Shown: positions 1 through 10,984 of the stretch, one piece after another
How positions within the stretch are numbered: position 1 is the first letter of the stretch
Layout of the letters: every line of letters starts with the position of its first letter
From: Eledone cirrhosa
Lineage: Eukaryota
Length of the DNA: 64,000 bases
Assembly: GCA_964016885.1 (NCBI GenBank)
Contig: OZ024742.1
Coordinates: 345,960,001 to 346,024,000 of the forward strand
Direction: 5' to 3'
Program-made: the position numbers and the translations under genes
Notes under the pieces: generated by a model
The model's input: only the letters and a program-made list of their open reading frames with translations
What the model was told of the DNA's origin: nothing
The model's database searches: none

Positions 1-747
1 CGGACGATATTGACTTGCCTCTCCAGGTACCGAGCTGCAACCCCACCCACTTTTCCTGGTTTATCTTTGCTCCTGTCACCGCTTCGTATTCCTTGAGAGC
101 GGTGCCGAGCATCTGGACGTGCCTGGTGCTCGCCACCACCACGGTGACATCTTCAGCGTAAGCCGACTCGGATTTCCCGCATCTTAGTTCACGTGGGACG
201 CCCCTCATCGCCCCCAGTTTGTGCAGTAACGGCTCGAGAGCCAATACGTACAAGAGGGACAAGAAGGGACAACCCTGGCGGACTGAGCGCATGATGCTGA
301 ACGGCTGCGACAAGTGACCGTTCACCCTCACAACTGAGCAGATGTCGCTGTACATTGCTGCGATCCAACCCCTGAAAACGGGCCCGAAACTGGCTGCCTC
401 GAGGACCGCCGCCAGGTACCGATGGTCGACCCTATCGAATGCTTTGGATTGATCCAAGTTGATCAGGGCGCCACCCTTGCCAGGTTCCTTAACCACCCTC
501 TCTATGATGTATCGCATGCAGTGGAGGTTGTCGTGTATGGATCTGTCCGGAATGGCGCGTGTCTGCCGTCCGGACCCTTGACGACAAGCGCCAACCTCGT
601 TGCTAACACTCTGGCCAAAATCTTGAACTCTGCGTTTAGCAAGGTTATGGGCCTGAAATTATCGATAACAACCCCCTTGTTCGGGTCTTTTCTCAGCAGC
701 GCCACTGCTCCCCGGCTCACAAAACTGGGAATGCTCCCGTTCTGCTG

Positions 748-2175
748 CTAGTTGCAGTAGACGTCTGCCAAGAGGTCACCGAACAAGTCTGGCATAAATG
801 CATAAAGCTCGTAGGCCAGACCATCTAAACTTGGCGATTTACCCCTTTTGCAGTTAGCGATCGCTTCCCGTATTTCACCGGCTGTTATTGGCTTTTCACA
901 ACACTGTGCTGCGGTCGTCGAGAGCCGAGGCAGTCTGTCGAGGTATGCACTGAAGTCCATGCCCCGATCCGGGCCGCCGCCGCTCCCGAACAGTTCAGCA
1001 AAGTGCTGCTGAAAAGCTTCACACATCCGCTCGGGTTCGAGCATCACGCACCCGTTTTGGTCAGACAAAGACCGAATTGTGGCTTTGTTGCCACGTCGCG
1101 CCTCTGCCACCCGGGCCCATTGGACGGCTATTGTCCCCTCGTGTTTCAGAGCACGCGCTCTAGCTCTGACAGCGCAGCCTTCGTGTTTTGCGTTGAAGAA
1201 TTGGTCGAGTGCCAATCTCGCCACAAGTACGTCGGTTGCGATGCCTGTCCCAAACGCCTCTTCTAGCTTTCTGACTAGCTCTCCCTCTACTCTATTTTCC
1301 TCTATCACTACTCCTTTACTAAACCTAATCGACTCTACTTTAATTGCCCTTTTCAGGGCGAACCACCACCTGTTGTTGACGACCGCTCCCGTCAACGCCC
1401 GCTTAACTAATACGCTAATCCGGTCTCTGTAGGCTTTGCGCGCCGGGAAAGACGCGTTCAGCTTCCAGTAACCAGGCCCTTGTCTATGAAGTCTGTCTAT
1501 GTCGATCTCACAGATCACAAATTTGTGGTCTGTGTAGTCGACTATTTTAAATTGTGGACAACTTATACTCTTATCTAGTTCTCTGCAGAATACCCTATCG
1601 AGATACGATCTGGATGACCCGATGCGGTTTGTCCATGTCCACATTGGCACATTCGGGTGATCCAGTCGATACCTGTCAGACAGTTCAAAACGTCTTAGCA
1701 GGTTGGTGAGGCTCTTGCACCCTCCTCCCCTATCCACTAGCCCCACACAATCCCAGCGTGCATCCAAGATACCGTTCCAGTCGCCCACTAACACTAAAGA
1801 GCGGGACGTTCCAAGAAAGGTCTCTAGACGTCTGAAGAAATCTGGCCGCCCTGCCCCTGTTGGGGCGTAGACGCCTACTAGCCTGAAAGCATTGCCATCG
1901 CTGCCGGTCACGTCCAGCACCACCGACTTACCTTCTGGGTCTAGGAAGATGGCCCGTATCGCGAGATCCAAGCTTCTCCGAAAAATGACGGCAACCCCTC
2001 CCCCCGATCCTGGACGGCTGGGAGATGCGTATACATCGTAGCCGCCGAAGATCGGTGCGAAGGCTTGTGCTTCGGAGATTCTGGTTTCACTGATGGCCAC
2101 CACATCTATGTTTAGTGACCTGAGGTCATTGAGCAGGTGACCCTGCTTCCAAGATGACCCCCAGGCCACGTGCAT
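748..2175 (-). pseudogene. LINE ORF2p: AP endonuclease + linker (premature stop before RT)
   Basis: 475-aa ORF with canonical APE motifs; RT continues in other frames towards position 1. Confidence 0.9.
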
Positions 2176-2236
2176 TAATACTGCCTATTCTGAGTACAAC
2201 CATGTTGGATGAGAAACGGGGGCAAGTGAGAAAGGG

Positions 2237-3160
2237 TCACTTACCTTGTTCGTGTGGTGAAGGGACAGTAGAACCGTCCCTTTCGCTGGTCATGGGTGTT
2301 TCCAAGAGGATGTCAGTGTATAACCTCTTGGTAACCGACCCTCTGAAGTCTCCAACTGCGTTGGGGAATTTTTGTTTTAAAGGTTTGTACTGTTCTACTG
2401 AGATTTCGTTGTTGCTTATGTTTGTCGGGAGAGTTCTTGGTGTTGGTGGGGTGTAGTAGTTTTTTCTGTGATGTCTGTGTGCTGCTTTATATATTGTATG
2501 AGTTCTTTTTTTGCCAAGTTTATGGCTGTGTACTTTTGGGGGGGAGTGGTGATTTTGTTGCTGTTTTCTTCTTGTTGGTGTTTGGTGTGTGTGTCTTGTG
2601 TTTGCGTTGTTTGTGTTTGTGGTGGTGATGGTGGTGGTGGTGTTGCTGCAAGTTTCCTTGCTGCCTTTACCCCTCTTTGTATGCCTTCGCTCTTGGAGGG
2701 TGAATCTAAGGGATTTTTTGTTTTTTTGTTTTTTGTGGCAGACCGTTTGCCACTTCACTCCCGCCTCAAACTTCATGTCGGATTCTGTGGCGTCTGGGAG
2801 GGGTATGTGCTCCACGGCTGTTGGTGGTGGTAGTGGAGCCCTCTTTGGAAATTGTGTTGCTGGTGTATCTACTTCAAATGTAGCTATTGGTGCTGCCGAT
2901 GATGCTGCTTTAGTTATCCGTGGCCTTGGTACGGGTGCTACGGACGTTTCCCTCCTACTCACCGTGGAAGGGGCTTCTTCGTTTGTTTCCTGTCCTGCTC
3001 TTGGTAGCAGCGGACCAGGTATTGGAAGGAGAGGGGCCTTCTCCGCTGTCTTCTGCGGGCAAAAGGCCCTGAGGTGACCCTTCGACCCACAGAGATAACA
3101 TTTTGGCCGTCTTCCTTCTACACTTATAGGGAGTTGGAGTCCTTCCTCGATTAGCCCAGA
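2237..3160 (-). pseudogene. LINE ORF1p remnant with zinc knuckle
   Basis: ORF 2237..3238; CX2CX4HX4C knuckle followed by a Pro/Thr/basic low-complexity tail, directly upstream of ORF2. Confidence 0.8.
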
Positions 3161-3739
3161 CTCACTATAAAGGCTGGAGACATGATATGATGGGCAGGGT
3201 GATCCACTGGCACCTATGTAAAGTAAACAATTTACCACATTCTGAGAAGTGGTATGAGCATAAGGCAGAGTCGGTGATAGAAAACTATCAAGTGAAGGTG
3301 CTGTGGGATTTTAGGATACAGACGGACAAGAAACTGGAACACAATAGACCTGAACTGGTGGTTTTGGACAAGGAAAAAAGATCGTGCCTGATTGTGGATG
3401 TGGCCTGCCCATTCGATACGAGAGTGCAAGAGAAGGAGGGGAGAAAATTAACCGATACCAGGACTTAAAGTGGGAGGTAAAAAGGATTTGGAACTGCCAT
3501 GAAGTCAAAATGGTCCCGATTGTCATAGGCGCACTAGGTACTATCTCAAAGAGTTTCCAGGGATGGTTAAAGAAAATTGGCCTCGCCCTGCTTTTTGGAA
3601 CACTTCAAAAGGCATGCTTGCTGGGAACAGCAAGAACACTCCGATACGTCCTGAATATCTGACGCTGCAGGTAGTGGCTTGATATTCATTTCAACAAACT
3701 TTCCAGTTAACTAACATCAATGACTGAGACTCAAAGAAC

Positions 3740-3771
<32 letters not shown>

Positions 3772-3790
3772 GAAGAAGAATAAGAAGAAG
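3160..3790 (+). mobile_element. 3' fragment of an R4/Dong-like restriction-like-endonuclease (REL) non-LTR retrotransposon
   Basis: RHD..GRVIHW.LC, VLWDFRIQTDKKLEHNRPELVV, IVDVACP, VPIVIGALG, LQKACLLGTARTLR; ends in a (TAA)n/(GAA)n tail. Confidence 0.88.
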
Positions 3791-6700
3791 AATTTCATTT
3801 ATTGGCCTTAAGGGCCGACATCTAGGGGACAATACAAAGACAGGGACCGTGGGGGTTTACAGTAAGGTCAAGTAAAAGTGCACAATGGCAAGACCAATTC
3901 AACAATGAAGATATAAAAAATATAAAATAAACTATGCATAAATATAACAAAATAAATTCCCCTATAGGGGTGAATGACCCAGGGGTGACTCAGGTACCCC
4001 ACCAATCCTGAACCACCCTGCGCTTCTAGGGCACTCAGGGAGAGCACCCCTCTCCTTGAGTTAGTTAGCCTATAGGCGCCTGGTCAGAGTAGGCCCATTC
4101 ACACGGGCCATTCTCACCACATTCATCCCCCTTTCAGTAAATGTACTAGGCGGGGGGCAGCATCTCTCTCCACCCCCACCTTCCTTTCCAGGTGAAACTT
4201 GAAGAAGTTGATGAGGCATTGGCCGAAGAGAAAAGTGTCTGTCTTCAGTCGATTCAATCTGGTCCACCATATAATCTCTTTCGCAATGGCCACCAGACAG
4301 ATGAAAATTGCCTGCTCTTACTGACCAAAGGAAGGTGGCGAGTCGATCTTCTCTATGGACTGGGCCGATAGCCGGATCCGTTCCACACGCGACAGTAGCT
4401 GTTCGACATAACTCCACAAGGCAGTACGGTTTCGTCACTCTGTGCGCATCTTGGGCAGGTCTGTCTGACAGCACTTCCGTGCCTGTAGAGTTTATCCCCA
4501 ACCGGCAGTGCCCCCCGGTAGCGCTGCCATGCGAAGGATTTCTGGAAATTGTCCATCGTCCCCGGCTCGAAAGTCCTCCGCTACAGATTGGTCAGTTCGA
4601 CTTCGTCGAGGCCCAAAGCCTCTCCGAGTGCGTCATCGCACTTGCCCACCACTAATCCTCTATAGAACTCAAGAGTGGAAGTTGCACTGATCGCATTGCC
4701 CGCTTGGTAGAGGGCAGTGAGTGCCTGGCAATATTCAAGGTGCCAGTCACCCTGTCTCGGTCTCTTCTAGACCCAGGACTGCAGCTCATTCAAAGAAACG
4801 AGCTGCGGAAAAGCACGTCTGATAAACGGCGACCACACTTGTTCACCGTTTAGGCAGAATATCTGGAGATGCCGCAGCCTCAGCGCATGTCTGCACATCA
4901 TTAGCCACGGCATGCCCAGCCGTCCGCGTACAGGATGCAGGCAGCAGATGGACCGCCTCACCAACGGAACTTGTCCTTTCCACAAGAATTTGAAGAGGAG
5001 CCGTTCCAACTTGACGAGGCGCGGACGGGGACAAGGCACGACGGTCAGGCTGTAGTATATGACGGACGCGATCTACGCATTCGCCACCTCCGTGCGACCT
5101 TTCAGTGATAGCTTCCTCCCAGCCCATTTTTGGGTGAGACTGGCTACTCTGCTCGTTGCCTCATCCCAATTCTTTTCCACCTGGAGTTCTGGTCCGAGCC
5201 AAACCCCGAGCAACTTTACCGTTCCGTCCGTCCAGCGCCCCACGACGCTGTTGGACGGCATAGACTCTCCATGTTCCGAGCTGCAAGCCCACCGACTTTT
5301 CCGTGTTAAGTTTGGCTCCTGTCACCCTTTCATATTCCTTCAATAAGGTGCCGACCACCTCGATTTCTGAGGTGTCCGACACCATCACGGTGATGTCGTC
5401 AGCATATGACGACACCGCCTTTCCACGTCCCGGTTCGAGCGGGATGCCTTACAACAGTTCCAGCTTCCGCAGTAAAGGCTCGAGAGTCAATACGTACAGA
5501 AGGGAAGAAAGAGGGCACCCTTGACGGACCGATCGGGAGAGCCGAAATGGTTCTGAGAGGTGGCCATTAACCTTGACCACCGGCGTATGCCGCTGTGCAT
5601 TGCAGCGATCCAGCTTCTGAAAACAGGGCCGAAGCCAGCTGCTTTGAGGACAGCCTCCAGATACCGATGGTCGACCCTATCGAATGCTTTCAATTGATCT
5701 AAATTGATCAGTGCCCCACCGAAGCCAGGTTTACACCCTACCCTCTCTATGATGGATCGCATGAGGTGGAGATTGTCGTGTATGGACCTGGCTGGGATTG
5801 CACAAGTTTGTGCCTCCCCAACCAAATCCTCGATGACAAGTGCCAATCTCTTTGCTAACCCCTTCGCCAAAATCTTAAACTCTGTGTTGAGCAGAGTTAT
5901 GGGCCTGAGGTTGTTTAATGTATCCCTCTTGTTCTTGTCTTTCTTATCAGCGTCACCACTCCCCTGCTCACAGAACTGGGAATACTCCCATTCTGCTGCC
6001 AGTTGCAGTAGAGTGCTTCGAGGAGATCGGAGAACAAGTCTGGAATATTTACGTAAAGCTCGTAGGGCAGGCCATCCAAACCGGGTGACTTGCACCACAT
6101 GCGGCCGACAAAGGCGTCCTGAATTTCGACTGAAATAATCGGCTTTTCGCAGCGCTCAGCGTCGACTGTCGAGATGCGCGCCAAGCCGTCAAGGTAGAGA
6201 CTGAAATCCGCTACTCTTTCTGACTCGCCACTCTCCCCGAACAACCGAGCAAAGTGCTGGCGAAAGGCCTCACACATACGCTTGGAATCGATTATTTCGT
6301 GTCCGTCTCGGTCCGCCAAAGACCGAATTGTGGTTTTATTACCACGCTGCGCCTCCGCCACGCGGGCCCATCGAACAGCTTTGTTTCCCTAGTTTCTCAG
6401 CGCACGCGCCTTAGCTCTGCCAAACCTTCGTGTTTCGCATTGAAGAAATGGTCTAATGCCATTCTTCTCGCCGCTAGCACGTCAGTTGCAATGCCACTAC
6501 AAATAGCCTCGTCTAACTTATCTACCATCTCCCCCTCCTTTTTATTTTTCTCTAACGCTAGTTCTTTACTGAACTCTATCGAAGTTACTCTAATCTCTCT
6601 TTTGAGAGCCCCCCCCCATCTGTTGTTGATGATCCACCCCACCCCCCCTGTCAACTTTTGCTTAACTAAATTGTTGACTCGGTCCCTGTAAGCCTTACGT

Positions 6701-6820
6701 ACCGGAAATTACATGTTCAGCTTCCAGTAATCCGGTCCCAACCTACGCGTTTTATCTAGGTCGACTAAACAGATCACAAATTTGTGATCTGAATAGGCGA
6801 CCGTTTTAAAAATTGGGCAG
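3790..6820 (-). mobile_element. Tx1/L1-clade LINE, copy 2 (ORF2 from APE end through RT and C-terminus, 3' UTR, AATAAA)
   Basis: LRPITLLNTEFKILAK, LDQLKAFDRVDH, SYADD, KLLGVW, KFLWKG; minus-strand AATAAA at ~3796-3801; many frameshifts. Confidence 0.92.
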
Positions 6821-7049
6821 CCTACATAATACAGTTTCTGATAATAATAGTAGTGGTGGTAGTAGTCGTAGTTATAGTGGTGAGTAGGTAGATGTGTAAA
6901 ATAGTAATTACAGTAATGATAATAATATCATGAAAAGAATTTTTGGAAAGACGATATATGATAGGTAAAATGCTCAGCTTTCGTAGACGGGGTATTGGCA
7001 GCATTCTAATATAGTGGATTGAGTTCATGAATTGTCGAAATAAAAAGGA

Positions 7050-7530
7050 GAAAAAAATACTAACTACAGACAATAGGGTTTGCTAGATTCAATTTAAGAA
7101 TAAATCAAGAAAAATATATACAAACCAGTATTGTGGTAACTACCCATCACCCGGGCGGTTTTTGATGGAACCGTTTCGCAATATTAATTGTGAAGAGGTA
7201 TATCAAATTCTTAGCTCATCAGCGGGTGAAGAATTAGAATCCTGATCACTTCTAAATCAAATAAAGAACTGGATAGTGATGTATATGTAACGCATATGGT
7301 TTCCGAACTTAGCGCGTCACTAAAAATAGCAGCAGGGTCTAAACGACAATTGAATTAGCTCTACGAATTAGTGGAGCCGAATATATCAAAAGTATGTATT
7401 AAGTTAGAAACTCAAAATAGTCTCATTACAGTAAAATTAGCTCTAGGAAAAAGGTTTGTATTTATTTTTCTTGATTTATTCTTAAATTGAGTCTAGCAAA
7501 CCCTATTGTCTGTAGTTAGTATTTTTTTCA
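7050..7530 (-). mobile_element. PLE pLTR-like fragment bounded by ~75-bp inverted repeats (7050-7126 / 7453-7529), containing an HHR
   Basis: Inverted repeat read directly; HHR motif inside. Confidence 0.6.
7148..7228 (-). ncRNA. Type-I hammerhead ribozyme, mutated cleavage triplet (GCC)
   Basis: cacccg-CUGAUGA-gc..gc-GAAA-cggtt/aaccg-CC-cgggtg; perfect 6-bp stem I. Confidence 0.7.
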
Positions 7531-7693
7531 CCTTAGCATTTCTGGTCCATTACGATTTGAACGCATACATGTATATGTCTGTGTTCGTTTTTCCTTTTTG
7601 TTCAGTTATACTATACGGCTCGGAAAAACCTTTTTCCTAGAGCTAATCTATTGTAATGAGACTATTTGTAGTTTCTAACTCAATACATTCTTT

Positions 7694-7818
<125 letters not shown>

Positions 7819-8480
7819 GGTATCCATTGTAAGTTGTGGGGTCTATTCTGCATGAAGAACTCGATGTAATCCATATGTTGAAAATGTTGTAGGTTAAGAT
7901 AAATCTCAGAAAACAATAACACATTAAAAGGAAAACAGAGTCATGATATAAGTTAAAACAATGAAATAAACAATGAAATATATATATATATATTCTGATT
8001 ATAGTTTAGAATTGTCACCGCTAGAGTAAGAGAACGTTTTCTAACACAGAAACAATAATCTTTCATGGAATTTAGACGTTAACTATGTACCAATGTCTGT
8101 GCCTGTGTATGTTGGTGTGTGTGTGTCTGTGTGTATGTTGGTGTGTGTGTGTATGTATGTGTCTGTGTCTGTATGTTCGTGTATGTGTATGTGTGTGTGT
8201 GTATGTGTACGCGTGTATATATATATATGCGTGTATGTGTGTGTGTGTGTGTATGTATGTTCGTGTGTGTCTGTGTGTGTATATGTATGCGTGTATATAT
8301 GTGTGTGTGTTTGTATGTATGTATGTTCGTGTGTGTCTCTGTGTGTATATATGTATGCGCGCGTGTTTGTGTGTATGTGTGTGTGTGTGTATGTATGTGT
8401 GTTCATGTTCGTGTGTGTGTGTGTGTGTGTGTATGGTATGGATATCGTTACATGTGTAGATCTGTATGTGCTGAGTAATA

Positions 8481-8560
<80 letters not shown>

Positions 8561-8729
8561 TCTAAATGTACATCTGTGTATATACAGTTCTTACATGTTG
8601 CATGTTAGAGTGATTTACGTATTTTTACAGTTCCATTAATGGATTCTTCTTGTATGTATGTATGTATGTATGTATGTATGTATGTATGTATGTATGTATG
8701 TATGTATGTATGTATGTATGTATGTATGT

Positions 8730-9349
8730 ATGGAGTGGTCACCTTGCCAGGATGAAGGATTCTAGAATACCAAAACAACTCTTTTATGGAGAGTTGGTTA
8801 AAGGAAAACGACCGCCACATAATCCAAAAAAGAGGTATAAGGATTCCTTGAAAGCCTCTTTGAAAGACGCTAACATCTCTGCTGATACATGGGAGAATAT
8901 TGCTGCTGATCGTAATAAATGGAGAAAGACTGTATATGAGGGAAAAGTTGCCTTTGAGGCATCTCGAATTGCATACGAGAAAGTAAAGCGGGATGCGAGG
9001 AAGGGCATTACTGTTGCACTTCCAGACGGCGAGGGTCCTCCTATGGTGCTGACATGCAGCGTCTGTGCGAGACTGCCTAAGCAAAGCTGGACTCGAAAGT
9101 CATCTTCGCAGTCATAAAGTAAGACCAGTGGTTGACTACCAGGCTGCTGTTGGAGATGCTACTCATCATGCTTGCCAAACATGTGGTAGAGTATGTAAAT
9201 CAGCAGGAGGGCTCAAGCGACATGCAAAAGTACACGAACTCCAACCACAGCCGACTATTCCCAGTGTATGTTTTGGTTGCCAACTCTGTGCAAGACATTT
9301 TAGATCATTGGCTGGGCTAAAAAGCCACATTCGATCGCAGCGCTGTTAG
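8730..9349 (+). mobile_element. RTE-clade LINE 3' fragment with C-terminal C2H2 zinc fingers
   Basis: WSGHLARM..SRIPKQLFYGEL..GKR....PKKRYKD.LK; then CQTCGRVCKSAGGLKRHAKVH and CQLCARHFRSLAGLKSHIRS. Confidence 0.85.
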
Positions 9350-9355
9350 TTGCTA

Positions 9356-9402
<47 letters not shown>

Positions 9403-9419
9403 GATATGTATAAGTATAT

Positions 9420-9821
9420 CATTATTGTTGTTGTTGTTATTCCTTGAATCTCAGTCATTGATGTTGGTTAACTGGAAAGTCCGTTGGAATGAATATCAAG
9501 CCACTACCTGCAGCCTCAGATATTCAGGACGTATCGGAGGGTTCTTGCTGTTCCAAGCAAGCATGCCTTTTGAAGCGTTCCAAAAAGCGTGAAGGGGCCG
9601 ATTTTCTTTAACCATCCCTGGAAACTTTTGGAGATAGTCCCCAGTGCGCCTATGACAATGGGGATCACTTTGACTTCATGGCAGTTCCAAATCCTTTTCA
9701 CCTCCCACTTTAGGTCCTGGTATCGGTTAATTTTCTCCCTCTCCTTCTCTTGCACTCTCGTGTCGAACGGGCAGGCCACATCCACAATCAGACACGATCT
9801 TTTTTCTTTGTCCACAACCAC
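9420..9821 (-). mobile_element. Second R4/Dong-like REL 3' fragment
   Basis: Highly similar to 3360-3740 in inverted orientation, including the 3' UTR. Confidence 0.88.
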
Positions 9822-10127
9822 CAGGTCAGATTATTGTTGTTATTATTATTATTATTATTATTGTTATTAATGTGTATGTGTGTGTGTATATATATATGTG
9901 TGTATATATGTATATGTATGTGTGTATATATGTATATATATATATATATATATTTCTTTTTTTTTATATTTTTATTTTATTTTTTATTTATTTATTAATT
10001 TTTTTTCTCCTCGTGCAATGGCCATACTCGATAACGAGGGGGCAGCCATCATGTATGTATGTATGTATGTATGTATGTATGTATGTATGTATGTATGTAT
10101 GTATGTATGTATGTATGTATGTATGTG

Positions 10128-10734
10128 TCAGGTCACCAGTTGGTGCTACTGGTAACATGTATCCCAGTACAACCTGTCTCATGGTCGGGTCGTTGGCGAC
10201 TAAACTGGCAACCCCACCAAGGTTTCTTGGTGAGGAGGGTGACTTTGGACATCCTGCAGGACTAAAAACAAAACCTGTCAAAGGGCAAGGGAGCTCTTAA
10301 GAGTCAATAGCCATCCAAAATCACCGGGAGAGATGACCCCTTAGCCTTTGTCAAGGCAGAATTCTAGGAGAAGGAAAACTCTGATATAATACCTGCAACC
10401 CTGATGGTATCCAATGATGTTGACTTGTTCTTCTTTTTGGTAAATATCATCTTGGTTAAGAGAGTGGGACTGGCTTTGTGCAGTGCCTTTGCTCACTATA
10501 AAAGCTTCACGGCGCAGGCATTGCTTTATATCTGGAGATCTCTCTGCACTTGTCGTCACATGGTACCATGGGCCCAGCACTATATGTCAATAATTGTCAC
10601 GGGTGTGGTGTTTGTACCAGAGTTTTCAAGTTGCTGGCTGGACTAAAAAGTCACACTCGTTCAGTGCAGCGGTAGGCGTTCTCCTACATGGATATAAAGT
10701 AGTGGCCGTACTCGAAAACGAGTTGGCAGCCACC
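10128..10734 (+). mobile_element. ~607-bp non-autonomous RTE-derived element (structured 5' part + zinc-finger-derived 3' end), copy 1
   Basis: Full copies at 34611-35217 and 59088-59692; ends ctcg-aaaa-cgag..ggcagccacc(ATGT)n. Confidence 0.8.
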
Positions 10735-10984
10735 ATGTATGTATGTATGTATGTTTGTATGTATGTATTTATGTATGTATGTATGTATGTATGTATGAAC
10801 ATATGGATGTATGGATGTATGTACGTATGTATTAATGTATGTATGTATGCATGTATATATGTATGTATATATGTATGTATGGACGTATGTATGTATGAAT
10901 GTATGGATGTATATATGTATGTATATATGTATGTATGTACCTTAATATAACCTCTGAGTGTCCTACCACTATATATATATATAT

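Larger units (their letters stand above)
1..3160 (-). mobile_element. Tx1/L1-clade LINE, copy 1 (ORF1 C-terminal part + ORF2 APE/RT), frameshifted, runs off the window start
   Basis: ORF1 has a CCHC knuckle (CYLCGSKGHLRAFC). ORF2 has APE motifs (ISET, VYAP, LVGDWN, SYLDRV, TDH, GYWKLN) and RT motifs (KSPSLDGL, FRPITLLN, QGCPLSPLLY-like at ~250-280). Confidence 0.93.
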
